A DNA stretch of 64,000 nt from Octopus sinensis (GCF_006345805.1 NC_042997.1:108438001-108502000), one strand, 5' to 3'. Shown: positions 27,057 to 40,592, counted from the stretch's first letter. Notes: generated by a model from the letters alone, not told the origin. Made by a program: numbers and translations.

Positions 27057-27633
27057 TATATATATATTTACACACAGCTATAGAAACTTCTTTTCAGTTC
27101 CCATCTACAAAATTCACTCACAAGACTATGGACAGCCCAGGGCTAGAGTAGAAACATGTATCCAAGTTGTCACACAGCTTGAAACATGATTTAGAAGCAA
27201 ACTTTATAGCCACACATTTATACATATCATATAGAATAATTTACTTGATCTTTTGTTTCAAAGTTCCATTTATTCCTTATGAGTTCAAACAAATGAACTA
27301 CAACCAAAGTCTAGCAATACTCAGCCACCAACCTTCTCTTGTTTCAGACAGTGAATCAAATACTATTATTTGATGCTCTGTCTGAAGACTTTCCAATTGG
27401 AAATTTCTTACATGTTTATAATTCCTATTAGCAAATGAAACATGTGTAATGGTGATTAAATAAAGTTTTTATAACTTTCTGTTTTGATGTATAATAACCC
27501 TGGAAACAATATTTCCAGAATTTTCAACTCTAATGCATGCCTCACATAAACATAACAATTACATATGGAATTGTGAGACTGGAACTAACAGATGTGCTTC
27601 AAGAGGAAACGGCTTGGATTTTAACTCTACCTA

Positions 27634-28854
27634 CGAGGGTGGGCTGAAAGGTTTAGAGGCTGACTCTGAAGGAGTAATGCTAAAGCTGTAAAATCTAGCA
27701 TCCCTTAATTTCAGTTCCTCTTATTAACAACTGCATTGTTTCTGTCCAACTAAACTGACATTGGACTGTTCAAAGAAGACTTCAAAAGTAACTAGATGTG
27801 ACTTCTCTTGAAAAGGGACAAAATTTGGTATTGTGGTGTTATCAAGTACCTGTAGAGAAAGGGTTTAGCCCCCAACAACATTCACACTGACATGATTGCC
27901 GTATTAGGGGATGATGTTCCAGCCTTATAAACAGTGCAAAATTGGGCAGTTGAATTTAGGAGGGGAAGATAGTCTGGTCGATGACCCAAAGTCTGGACGT
28001 CTTGCAATTGCTACCACTGAGGAAAACATTGATCATGTTCACCACATGGTGATGGATGACAGATGATTGACTGTAAATCAAATAGCCAATGTTATTAGCT
28101 TATCCTGTAAGAGAGTTGAGAATATTCTGCACAATAAACTTGGCACGATGAGGATTTCTACTCAGTGGGTGCCACGTTTTCTGACCCCTGATGAAAAGTG
28201 TACCAGGCTGATCACATCACTGAAAAATCTGTTTCCTTGAATGTTTGCTAACCTAGAAGAAGTGCTGGGTTCATCACTTTGGGCTAGAAACAAAGAGACA
28301 ATCCATACAGTGGAAACACCGCCTCCTCATCTGCTCCAAAGAAAGTCACGGTCATTTCAAATGCTGGGAATGTGATGGCCTTAGTTTTTTGGAGAGTAGC
28401 ATGCCAAATTGCTGAGACGGTTATTATGAAAGGCTGTCAAGATCAAATGCTCAGGAAACCTGATGAAAAGGCTTTTGTTCCATCAGCACAAAATGGTCCA
28501 GCATTGTCTATGGTTTCAATGGCTGCCGTGCATGACTGTGGCTTTGAACTGGTTGACCGCTGTCCCTATTCTCCTGATTTGACCCCCATCTGACTATCAT
28601 CTGTTCCCCCAACATGAAAAAGAAAAAAACACCCTTGGCTGGGAACCAGTATCACAGTGATGTCCACTGTTGATGACGTTTTTGACCAACAGGATGAAAG
28701 CTTCTTCCTCAATGGGATCCAAGCACTGCAATACTGATGGAAAAATAAGTGTGGAGACCGCAACGGAGACTGTTCTGAAAAATTAAATCTCATTTAGTTA
28801 CATTCCATCAAGAGACCGTCTTGGTCAGTGTATGAACTTTTCAGCCAACCCTTG
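27634..28854 (+). mobile_element. Decayed near-full-length mariner
   Basis: TIRs CGAGGGTGGGCTGAAAGGTT / AACTTTTCAGCCAACCCTTG; WVPRFLT; PYSPDLTP. Confidence 0.88.
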
Positions 28855-29720
28855 TGTAGGTGTGTGTGTGTGTGTGTGCATACATACATACATACATACA
28901 TATATATACAAACATATATATATATATACATACACACATACATACATTCATGCATGTATTCAGATATATATATATATACACATAATTAAATGAAATTACC
29001 TCATAGAGTATCTGTCTTTCACAGATTCCATTGACCATAGACAAAAGTAAAATATATTTTAAATATTGGCATAATTTGGATTGAGAATTGGTAGGTGGGG
29101 AACATACTGAAAGGAATCACGTGGCACACTTCTCAGTTGTGTGTAGCTCTTCAGTATAGAAGAACAAGAAAAAAACTACTACAACAAGTGTAGCAACAAC
29201 AAGAAACCTAATGACAGCAACAACAGCAATTGCCACAACAACAACAGTTACAAGGAAAATAAATAACAGCAACCACCACCACATCAACAACAACAACAAT
29301 GTAAATTTGTGAGAGCCACTCCAACATCTCAGTTTGACATTTGGATATTGTACAAAGTTTTATGGTCAAGAGGCAATCACAGTGCACATTGCAGCTGCAA
29401 CAGTTTGTGCATTTAGACTGCAACTTCACATGCAATTATAACTGATACATGTGTATTTAGTGTGCAAGCAGTAACAGTTGTATGTGCAATTAGAGCTTGT
29501 ATTTCATGGTCTGCTGTAACTACAAGCTCAATTAAAGTGCATGCAGAGCAACAATAAATGCATGTGCAATGTTGTATCTGTGTGCACATTCCGACTGCAC
29601 CTGCAGTTATAACTACAGGTGCAATCAGGTAAGAAAGATGATTTTAAATAAAGGAAACATTTACAAACATTATTTCAACAAAAATAACAAATAACAGCTA
29701 AATAGTAACACTATAACATA

Positions 29721-30560
29721 TGAAGGGGTACCTAAAAGTGGAACAAACCAGTTGTAGTTCAGGTTTCCACTGCTAGAAGCCACTTGATGCGTCCCTCGAG
29801 TATCAGTTTGCCAACCGGTGTCATCAGGTGAAGTTGGACTGTTAAGTGGTACGTCTTTGTTTTGTAGTGCTTCTCCCCTCTTCGTCAATTTTTGTGATAG
29901 TTGAAATGAAGGGGAAAAACAGCAGCCAAAACAGTTGTCATGCTTCAAACAACTTACAAGGACACTGCCATGAGCAAAACACAAGTTTATGAATGGTTTT
30001 CAAGCTTTAGGAATGGTCACTTGTTGTTTGAAGACCAACGTCGTTCAGGATGACCATTTACCTCCCGAACGAATGAAAACATCATGAAAATTCACGAACT
30101 GATCTTGGGGGACCATCACTGAACAATTAACGAACTTGTTGATCTGCCTGCTGAGTCCTGGCACTCCTCCCAACGAATTTTGAATGAAAAGAGTTACATC
30201 AAAATTTGTGCCTCGTTTGCTCACAGAAGATCAAAAGCAGTCAGGACTGAATGCGTGTCGTGAACTGAAAGAACAATTGGAAGTTGATCCAGATTTCTTT
30301 TTTAGAAGGTCATCACAGGTGATGAGAGCTGGTTCTACAAAATTTGCAGATGTGGAAACAGTGAAGAACAAAATGACAGGGGCATTAAAAGGTATCAGTT
30401 TGCAAAAGTTCCAGCACTGCTTTGATGAGTGGAAAGCCCAGCTGGTCTGATGCCTTGCTTCAAATGGGAAATACTTTGAAGGCAATAAAAGAGCAAACAT
30501 GTAAAACTTGGTGTATAAAATAATGTTGCAAAATTCCGGTTTCTGTTGGGTACCTCTTTG
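29721..30560 (+). mobile_element. Internally deleted mariner
   Basis: TA-flanked ends TGAAGGGGTACC / GGTACCTCTTTG; VYEWFSSFRNG, SKFVPRLLTEDQK, C-terminal GKYFEG; catalytic region absent. Confidence 0.8.
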
Positions 30561-30587
30561 TATACTCATATATACATTCGGACATAC

Positions 30588-31026
30588 ATGTGGTGTGCAA
30601 GAGAGACAACTGCACTGGTATGGTCATGTGTTACGTATAGATGAGGACAGCTGTGTGAAGAAATGCCACTCCCTAACTGTGGAAGGAACCTGTGGAAGAG
30701 ACAGACCTAGGAAGACATGGGATGAGGTGGCGAAGCATGACCTTCGAACATTGGGCCTCACAGAGGCAATGACAGGAGACCAGGACCTTTGGAGATATGC
30801 TGTAATTGAGAAGACCCAGCAACTAAAGTGAGATCGCAGCCTTGCACGTCTGGCCCAATTAAGAGTACTCCTGATGCATCAGGCAATATGATATACTTGA
30901 GAAGACCTGTTGACTCAAGTAAAACCAATATCATAGCTGTGGCCAGTGCCCCCTCACTCTCCAGACCTCAGCCAAACCGTCCAACTCATGCTGGAAAACA
31001 GATGTTAAACAATGATGATGATGATG
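30588..31026 (+). mobile_element. RTE LINE 3' fragment
   Basis: QLHWYGHVLRIDED..RPRKTWDEV and GAT tail. Confidence 0.85.
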
Positions 31027-31272
31027 GTATACACACACACACACACACATATATATCGTCTATATATCATGTATCCAAATATGAAGCACAATCTAAAGAA
31101 TAGAGCAGTAATGTATCTACATGCAGTTAAATATATGTCTGGTCATAGAGTGACCAATGGTTTCACATTCATAAATTTTTATGGAAGCAAAACCATTGGT
31201 CACTCTGTTATGATGGGACATATGTTTAACTGCATGTAAATATATATATATATATATTATTATATATATATA

Positions 31273-31318
<46 letters not shown>

Positions 31319-31582
31319 AGATAATGGTGTCATTGAGACCCAAAGGTGTCAGGTAATGCTGAATAAGTGCTATAGACAGACCATAGTTGAGTTCCAGATT
31401 CGGTAATATTGTGAATAAAGGGTTCAATGTTGGTTCTATGTCAGCGTGTGTATATAAGAATTTTTTGTGTAATGAGATAAATGCTCTGATATCTATACAG
31501 CCTTGGTTTTTTTTAACTCATTACACAAAAAATTCATATATATATATATATATAAATTAAAACTGACTAGGAGATCGGAAAT

Positions 31583-31626
31583 CCACCTGACGAATGTCAT
31601 TTGAAGACATGAAACAATTGTAGTGG
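31583..31626 (+). ncRNA. Minimal type I hammerhead ribozyme, intact core
   Basis: CCAC-CTGACGA-ATGTC(atttgaa)GACAT-GAAA-CAATTG-TA-GTGG: stem I CCAC/GTGG, CUGANGA, 5-bp stem II, GAAA, palindromic stem III, GUA cleavage triplet. Confidence 0.88.
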
Positions 31627-31721
31627 CGATTTATTTACTTTATATTAAAATTTTTTATGTATTAAGTCTTTCCTTGTTTGATTTGCAAAATAGTGGTTTT
31701 GTCTCGAATTAATATTATATA

Positions 31722-31901
31722 ATATTTTACTATAAAATTGGATTTAATCCTAAATCTGATTTTTTTCCCTGTAATTTGGATTTATTCCCTAATATTTATT
31801 ATTATATATATATATATATATATATTTTACTATAAATTGGATTTAATCCTAAATCTGATTTTTTTCCCTGTAATTTGGATTTATTCCCTAATATTTATTA
31901 T

Positions 31902-31905
<4 letters not shown>
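31722..31905. repeat. Direct duplication of about 80 bp separated by (TA)n
   Basis: ATATTTTACTATAAA(A)TTGGATTTAATCC..ATTTATTATT occurs twice. Confidence 0.9.
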
Positions 31906-31932
<27 letters not shown>

Positions 31933-32149
31933 GTGTGTGTGTATAGACACATACACTTACACACATACATCATCATCATCATCATCCTTATCATCTAATG
32001 TTCATGTTCCATGCTGGCAATGGCTTGTATGGTTTAATGCCATCCTAATGCCAACTACTTTACAGCATGTACCAGTGGATTTTTCATGGCACTAGCACCA
32101 GTGAGGTATCATGCTGCCTGCAAGACTATAATTGCCTTTGAATGAGTTG

Positions 32150-32520
32150 GGCTACAGTGGAAAGGAGGGAGCAGCTTGAAGGGAATGAAGCCGACTTGCT
32201 GCACTGGATGTGCAATGTCAGTGTCCATGTATGGCAAAGTGCGTTTTGAGAGAAGAACTGGGTAGAAGAGGCATGGAATGTGCCAGATAGAAGACTGTGA
32301 TGGTTAAGGCTATGTGATGTGTATGGCTGAGGTAGGTTGCACAAAGAAGTATCAAAATCTAAATGTGGAGGGAATCTCAGGAAGAGAAAGACATGGGACA
32401 AAGTAGTTGGAAATGATCTTTGGATGTTGTGCCTCGTAGAGGAGATGGCAAAGGACCAAAACCATTGGTGGTTTGCTGTGCTTGACAAAACAGGTCCAGC
32501 CAAGTAAAATCAAAGCCATA
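32150..32520 (+). mobile_element. Old RTE LINE 3' fragment
   Basis: Diverged match to the LERNEASM..KTWD..VV region. Confidence 0.6.
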
Positions 32521-32951
32521 CAGTTATCTCCTTTATGTCCATGGATCACCCTGCAAATAATCTGTCCCCTGACAAACCTCACTCACAGCAGCCTCATTTC
32601 CCCGCCCACTCCACTCTCTTCCCGACGCATTGCCCCTATCCCCAATCCATACATCCCTGCCTCCCTTCCTATCTCATCTTCACAATCTTCTGTCTCTCCC
32701 CACCTGAAGCAGCGATGTTTCCCTTCCAATGTAAGACCCCTTTTTTTCTGTCCTTTAGTACTACACCCACTCCCCACCCAGCCCTGCCAGTTGAGGGGGT
32801 TTTGTCTTGCAACTTACATGGTGTTATCACAGAGGTATGCCGAAACAAACAGCAACGCTTGGTGCAGTCTCTGTCTGACCCTTCAGTTCTTGTTAAATTC
32901 TGCCATTATGATGGAAAACACATCTTAAATTATATATATATGTGTGTGTAT

Positions 32952-32986
<35 letters not shown>

Positions 32987-33904
32987 CAGACCTGCTTTCA
33001 GTCATGAATGACCATGGGATTGCACCTAGAAAGTTCCCCTCCAAGGCACAAGTCAAGGCAAGGTTGTCTGTGGAAGACCAGCAGTTGCCAATGGATATCA
33101 GCCTCCCCTTTTCATGCAACCAATGTTGTCCAAGGGAAAGGCAAAGGGGCCGATACAGCTTGGCACCAGTGACATTGCAACTCATTGCTACAACTGAGTG
33201 AACTGCAGCAATGTGAAATAAAGTGTCTTGCTCAAGAACACAACACACAACCCAGTCCGGAAATCAAACTCACAACCTCATGATTGAGAGCCCAATATAT
33301 ATATATATATCATCATCATCATCATCATCATCATTGTTTAACGTCCGTTTTCCATGCTAGCATGGTTTGGACGGTTCGACCGGGATCAGGGAAGCCAGAA
33401 GGCTGCACCAGGCTCTGGTCTGATCTGGCAGTGTTTCTACAGCTGGATGCCCTTCCTTACGCCAACCACTCCATGAGTGTAGTGGGTGCTTTTTACCTGC
33501 CACCGGCACGGAAGCCAGCCAAGGCGGCACTGGCATTGGCCACATTCGGATGGTGCTTTAACGTGTCACTGGCACAGGGATCACAACTACAATTTCCATT
33601 TGATTTTTGATATTAATGTACTTGACTCAAAAGGTCTCCTCAAGCACAGGGTCGAAACAGTGTTTCTTTAATTGTCACCTGCTACTCTTTTACTTGTTTC
33701 AGTTATTTGACTGTGGCCATGCTGGAGCACTGCCTTTAGTCGAGCAAATCGCCCCCCAGGACTTATTCTTTGTAAGCCTAGTACTAATTCTATCGGTCTC
33801 TTTTGCTGAACTGCTAAGTTATGCGTACGTAAACACACCAGCATTGGTTGTCAAGTGATGTTGGGGGGACAAACACAGACACACAAACATATACACACAC
33901 ATAC

Positions 33905-33959
<55 letters not shown>

Positions 33960-34021
33960 CATATATATATATCGTCCAACCCATGCTAGCACGGAAAACG
34001 GACATTAAACGACGACGATGA

Positions 34022-34064
<43 letters not shown>

Positions 34065-34224
34065 TACGATGGGCTTCTTTCAGTTTCCGTCTACCAAATC
34101 CAATCACAAGGCTTTGGTCGGCCCAAGGCTATAGTAGAAGATATTTGCCCAAAGTGCCATGCAGTGGGACTGTACCCAGAACCATGTGGTTTGCAAGCAA
34201 GTTACTTACCACAGAGCCACTCCT

Positions 34225-34310
34225 ACGCTTCATGAATTTGCGTGTCATCCTTGTGCAGGGGCCATGCTAATCTTCTCTGCATCGTTCCAAGTTTAGAATA
34301 TGTACCACCA
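34225..34310 (-). pseudogene. U6: U6 snRNA pseudogene, truncated at both ends
   Basis: Minus strand reads GTACATATTCTAAACTTGGAACGATGCAGAGAAGATTAGCATGGCCCCTGCACAAGGATGACACGCAAATTCATGAAGCGT, nearly the U6 body. The ACAGAGA box is mutated to GCAGAGA, the 5' stem is missing, and there is no oligo-T end. Confidence 0.93.
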
Positions 34311-35499
34311 TATATTATATATCTTTTTTCTTTTATTTCCTACTTGTTTCAGTCTTAGACTGCTGTCATGCTGGGGCAGTGCCTTGAAAGATTTTAGACA
34401 AACAAATCAACCCCAAGCTTCTAGGTTATGGGACATAAACAAACCAACACTAGTTCTTAAGCAGTAATGGGGGACAAACGCACACACACACACATGTGCA
34501 CATGGACACACGGACACACGCACACATGCGCGTACAAATATATATCTGGAGAGAGAAAGAGAAAGGAGAGGAAGAGAAAGCGAGAACAGAGATGACAGAC
34601 AGACAGACAGATTTGTGCTGCAATAATTATAATGAGTTAGTAACAGAGATAGAATGGTAAAAACTTAAAAAGATGGTGAGGAATGAGTCATAACAGAGAG
34701 GACAAGATTAGTATGTCATTACCACCACCATCACTGCTACCACCACCACCGTCACCGTCATCATCATCATCATTATGGTTTTCATCATTGATGTTGTTGC
34801 TGTCGTCTTTCTGGTTGTCCCTAATGTCATTGTTGATTTCTCCCTGATTCTGTCATTGTTACCAATATCATTTCTGTTACCATGGTAATTATTGTTATCC
34901 TCATCAAGAATATTCCAATTAATTATATCATTTATACATATACACACGCATACACATTCTTTCACACATACATGCATGCAATTATATATGTGTGTGTGTG
35001 TATATGCATATGTATACATACACACACACACACACATATATAAATATATACATACATGCACACACACACACACACATGCGTGCATGCACACACACACATG
35101 CAGTAGTATAATCTCAAGTTCAAATCCATGGCCTCCACATCAGACTAAGGGTGGTGAAGGGAATATGCTGAGGCCTTCATCTTGCAGTGGACTGAACATA
35201 GGCAATCCAATGAAATCCAGGATATACATACATATATCATCATCACCACCACCATCATCATCATCATCATCATCATTTAACGTCCACTTTCCATGCTGGC
35301 ATGGGTTGGACAATTTGACAGGAGCTGGCAAGCTGGACAGCTGCATTGGACTCCATTGTCTGTTTTGGCATGGTTTCTATGGTTAGATACCCTTCCTAAT
35401 GCCAACCACTTTACAGAGTGTTCTGGGTGCTTTTTCCATGATTTTGATTTAATTATGTATACACACACACACACATATTTATCTTATTTAGGAAGCTAA

Positions 35500-35577
35500 A
35501 AGTTATAGCTGGTCATTGAGTGACCATTAGTTTCATACCTATAAAGTGCTTAGCGGTATAGGCAATCCATCAGACTT
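35500..35577 (-). ncRNA. Degenerate hammerhead ribozyme just 3' of a Penelope GIY-YIG
   Basis: Minus strand AAGT-CTGATGG-ATTGCCTATA..TATAGGTAT-GAAA-CTAATGGTCA(ctcaa)TGACCAGCTA-TA-ACTT; one core change and a long stem III. Confidence 0.55.
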
Positions 35578-36673
35578 AAATGGCTAAAAGTTCATAACCT
35601 CTCTTGAAGTGGAGGAAGAAATACATAATGGTCATTTGGTTTTGTAAACAAAACATAATTGTCCACACTGTGCGATGGGATTAGCGGGATGGTGTTATTC
35701 CCTTTACATCAGCTCTGGCCATGGTAATATTAGAAGGATATTAGGTGGGACTATTCAACGAAAGGGCAGTTCCAAGTCTGAAGTAGGAAATGTTTGAGAT
35801 GAGCACATTGACTGAATACCTCTTTCCTGGAGTTTAAAAAGTGAGTTTTACTTAAGATTTTTGCCCTCTTGGCCAGCTTCCATTTAATTATGTATGGGGT
35901 TCCTTCCTCTTTTAAATGGCATATGTGGCTGGCCAGTGGCATGTTGTAGCACCTTTCTGGTATCCTAATAGAAGACTTGTGGTTGTTCAAACATTGCTTA
36001 AATGGGGATGCAGTTGAACCAATATATTTTGGTGCCTGTGTATTGGATGTGCTACCACCATCACTGTTTCTTTCATTAACTCCAGGTCTGATGTTGTTCT
36101 TGTTGCTGGAGTTGCTGCCAGTGCTGATATTCCTGGACATGGCTCAAGCGGTTCTGTTGTTCCTGGCATAATAGCAGTTGGTGCTCCTGCTGCCTTTGTA
36201 ACTGTTGGTATTGTCATCTTTGCTGCTTGAAATGCTGTTGTGTCACTGTTACCATTGTTGTTGATGGAGGCATCATTGCTGCTTATGCTGTTACTCTGGC
36301 TGCCAGTGGTAGCTGCCACCTCAGCCTCATACACGAACCCCATTTGTCTACACAACGACCCCATCCCTTCCACTGAGTAGTCATTGTATATCCTACATAA
36401 GCATTCTGCTTCTGCTTGTGGCTTAGGGGTGCTCGCTAAAATTTACTTAATGATGGGCATGCAACTGAAGGATATTCTTAACTTGTGCTTATCAAACAAG
36501 CATCCATATTTGTGTGACTGTGTGAAGTGCTCGTCTACCAAGCTAAGGAATATTCTTCCCATGCATGTTTTTTTTGACACTGATAGAGAAGAATCTGACT
36601 AACCAAACAACATTATGCTGGTACTTCCTTTTGTGGGTGCTAGGAGCCAGGATATAGGAGATGCAGTCCTTAA

Positions 36674-36895
36674 CCCTTTTGTTACCATATTTATTTTGAG
36701 ATGCTCTGTATTTCAGTCAATTAATTTTAAATATAATATAGAATTTAGTAAAATAACTTAGTTATTATTAAGCTTGTGTTAGGAACCTAAATTGTGACTA
36801 AGGTTTGGTGGAAGATTTTAGTTCAAAACTTTAGAAAACAAGGCATTTATGCTACAGAGCCAGAGGCGGTTTCAGCCAGGTTGGTATCAAAAGGG
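36674..36895. mobile_element. piggyBac-type MITE nested in the Penelope remnant
   Basis: TTAA on both sides (36670-36673, 36896-36899); TIRs CCCTTTTGTTACCA / TGGTATCAAAAGGG. Confidence 0.85.
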
Positions 36896-38034
36896 TTAAA
36901 CCCACTGAATGTAATAATGGCTTGCAGCCTCAGAAATCTCTTGACATGAGAACAGGTTCAAGATTCTCTTGCTGACACCCTTCACTAGGTTCCTAACAGA
37001 ATAGGTAGGTGGCAGGAGGCTGTATTAATGTAGGACAGCCCCTCATTTGGTTTGTGGTAGGGTCTGTAAAAAGAGGAGTTGAGGTCTAACATAATGTCTC
37101 AAACATTTACAATGGTGAGGTTGGTCTCGATTGTTATTTTGAGCCCCATGGCAATAAAGGTGCTAATTAGGCCCTCCCAATGCCTATCGAGGATATGGCC
37201 ATTAGCTCCTCTACAGATGGCCGTAGTGTCATTTCTGTGGAAACCAAAGATAACTGATGGGAACCTCTTCTTTAAGGCGTCTAAAGGAACAATTATGTAT
37301 TGTTCGCAAAACCAACTGACCATGACGTATCTGTTCCTCCAATTTGTAGAGGGGTTATGTGCCTTCAGCCATTTAGGTCCGATGAGTAGCCTATACTGCT
37401 GGGTGCTTTATAGGTGCAAAACCAATATATTTTCAGGTTTGTTCTGTTTCTGTCTACCAAATTTTACGTGACACCAACATTTTATGTTCTGCTCAATAAA
37501 GCTTTTGAGAGTGTGTTCTTCTTTTGTACAGTTGCAGTCATGTGACAAGCTTTATGTATAGTTTGCATATATTTAATAGGTCTGTGATACATTCGTAGAT
37601 CACATACATATTAGCTATAGAATTGATGACCATATCATCAAAATTTTCATAATTACACAATACAAAACAAATTATATTGAACTACAAATTGTTCAAAACT
37701 TGGAACTATAAGGAAGGAGCTTTAAGACCACCTTGAAGGCGAGAATTCAAAACATTTCATGATATGACCACAATATCAAAGAAGAAATCCATAGAAATGT
37801 TTCACCAATTTCACTAAGCGTTGCTCAGTGCAGGGTAAATTTATTGGCCACACCAGACTTTTTGCACTCTGAAGAGGACAAAGACCCCTCAACTACATTG
37901 GCAGAAACATACATGAAATTGAGGACTTACCAAAGTATGGCATTTTGAAGCAGCTCTTGGTTAAGGCTGTTGAAGGAACAAGAATTTATAAATTAACACT
38001 CATAAAATACTATGAAAATTAAAATTTGTTTCTA

Positions 38035-38262
38035 ACCTTTCCGATACCATATTTCTGTTGGAATATGCTACCATTGTTTTCAACCAATTTTGAAAATAAT
38101 GAGGAATTTCATAGTAAAAGAACTTTTGTCATTGTTAAGCTGGTGTCTGGAACGTAGATTGACATGGAATTCTGATGAAAGGTTTTGATTTAGAACAATT
38201 TAAAATGAAAGGTTTGTTTCAGGGAACCAAGAATGGTTTCTGGAGCATTAGTATCAAAAGGG
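38035..38262. mobile_element. piggyBac-type MITE, diverged copy
   Basis: CCTTTCCGATACCATATTT ... GTATCAAAAGGG-TTAA; internally collinear with 36674-36895. Confidence 0.7.
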
Positions 38263-39018
38263 TTAATTAATGCATGATTAATAATTAGTAGCCTAGTAAT
38301 GGAGTTAATGATATCAACTATCCTCTTCTTTAATTAGTTGACATAACAACAAAAGCGGCATTAGAAAAAATTTAATTGGGAAGACACAACTTTTGTAATG
38401 CCTAACTCCATAACTACAAGCAACATGAGAAGCAGAAAAGGGAGGAAGCTTCACAAGAGAGCATTTGTGTATTTTGGATTTCAAAACAGGAGAGGAAGTA
38501 CTCAATACATGTAGTGAAGTGGGTGACAGGAACAGGGCAAGTCACTGAGGTGTTCTCTAGGGGAGCAAGACAAGGAACTGTAGTAGGGGACAAGATGGAC
38601 TGAGGTGTGGACAAGTTATGAGGTAGGAGACAACAACAAAACAAAACTACTGAAGTGGTCCCTAAGTGAACCCCTTCCTACATCTAGACATTTTCCAGGT
38701 CTTATTTATTTGGCTTTCATTGAACAAAAGATAGTTTTTTGAATCACCTTTGAATGTTATGAATAATCTTTTCCTTGCTTCGGTCATTTGACTGTGGTCA
38801 TGCTGGGGCCCCACTTTGAAGAACTTTTAGTCAAATAGGCATAGGAGTGGCTGTGTGGTAAGTAGCATGCTTACGAACTACATGGTTCTGGGTTCAGTCC
38901 CACTGCACGGCACCTTGGGCAAGTGTCTTCTGCTATAGCCTTGGGCCGACCAAAGCCTTGTGAGTGGATTTGGTAGACGGAAACTGAAAGAAGCCCGTTG
39001 TATATATATGTATATATA

Positions 39019-39078
<60 letters not shown>

Positions 39079-39454
39079 ATGTATATGTTTGTGTGTCTGT
39101 GTTTGTGCCCCCAGCATCGCTTGACAACCGATGCTGGTGTGTTTGTGTCCTCGTAACTTAGCGGTTCGACAAAAGCGACTGATAGAATAAATACTAGGCT
39201 TACAAAGAATAAGCCCTGGGGTCGATTTGCTTGACTAAAGGTGGTGCTCCAGCATGGCCGCAGTCAAATGACTGAAACAAGTAAAAGAGTAAATGAATTG
39301 ACCCCAGTACGTATTATTTTTTTTTAAAGCTTGATACTTTATGTATCAGTCTCTTTTTGATGAACCGCTAAGTTACATTGACATAAACACATCAACACTG
39401 GTTGTGAAGCAGTAGGGTGGGACGGGGGACAACACAGACACAATGACACATACG

Positions 39455-40040
39455 TCATCATCATCATCATCATTTAATGTCCACTCTCCATGCTGGCATG
39501 GGTCGGATGTTTAGACATGAGCTGCCCAGGCTCCTTTTGTCTGTTCTGGCAGGGTTTTTATAGCTGGAAGCCCTTCCTAATGCCAACCACTTCATAAAGT
39601 GTAGTGGGTGGTAATTAACATGGCACTTGTCTAGGTGCTCTTATGTGACACTGGCATGGATGCTTTTTACGTGGCACCATGGGCACTCTTCTGTGGCACT
39701 GGCACAAGTATTTTTATGTGGCCCCCATGAGCCCACAAGAGCAGGATCCCAGCTGAGAGAGGGATGTAGAGGACATGCCTATGTGTACAGAAGGCCACAA
39801 TTTTACTAAGCTTGACATGTCTTCCCAAGCTGCCAGAAGCCCCAGTCCCTTGTCATCCCCTGTTTGAGGCCCAACATCTGAAGGTCTTTTCTCACCACTT
39901 CATCCCACGTCTTCCTGGGTCTACCCCTTCTACACGTTCCCTCCACAATTACAGAGCAGCACTTCTTCACGCAGCTGTCCTCATCCATTTGCATCACATG
40001 ACCATACCAGCACAGTCTTCTCCTTTGCACATCCGATTCC
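39455..40040 (-). mobile_element. RTE LINE 3' fragment
   Basis: RRLCWYGHVMQMDED..RGRPRKTWDEVV plus tail. Confidence 0.85.
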
Positions 40041-40553
40041 ATGTTTACACAATTTGTATACCCGATATGTATGTATACACACACACACACATATGTTGCT
40101 TCCCAACCACATGGTTCCAGGTTCAGTCCCACTGCATGGCACCTTGGGCAAGTGTCTGCTACTATAACCTCAGGCTGACCAAACATATATATATTCAACA
40201 GAAAACATAACACATGTTTATATGAATATGTTTGTGCATAATTGTTATAATTATATAAAAAAGAATAATCCGCCCTTCTCAACACATGTAATACGTATGT
40301 ACCTATGAGTATGTTTGTATGTAAATATCTATATGTATATATATATGTGTGTGTGTGTGTATGTATATATGTATGTACATATATATATATATATATTCCT
40401 CATGTATATACCTTTTCATTCCTACGTAACTACAAAATCTTAAGATAAATTGATTTTTTAAAATTGCACTATTATTTCTCTTTTGATAACTTTCTCTTAC
40501 CTCTGATTATACTTTATCTAATAACAATGATATAATATAATACAACTAATAAT

Positions 40554-40592
<39 letters not shown>

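Larger units (their letters stand above)
35480..37430 (-). mobile_element. Decayed Penelope-like retroelement (RT C-terminal part, GIY-YIG, 3' hammerhead)
   Basis: GLKITIETNLTIVN..DLNSSFYRPYHKPNEGLSYINTASCH (RT end/thumb); ECLCR..LC..FVYEAEV; KYIGSTASPFKQCLNNHKSS..IKWKL..LNSRKEVFSQCAH. Interrupted by a TTAA MITE. Confidence 0.85.

Noticed and set aside
29280-29630. TGCA-rich stretch ending in CAG|GTAAG
   Set aside because: Degenerate low-complexity repeat without a supported reading frame.
37720-37840. Possible Tc1 transposase C-terminal relic (LKARIQ..)
   Set aside because: Too decayed and no TIRs found.
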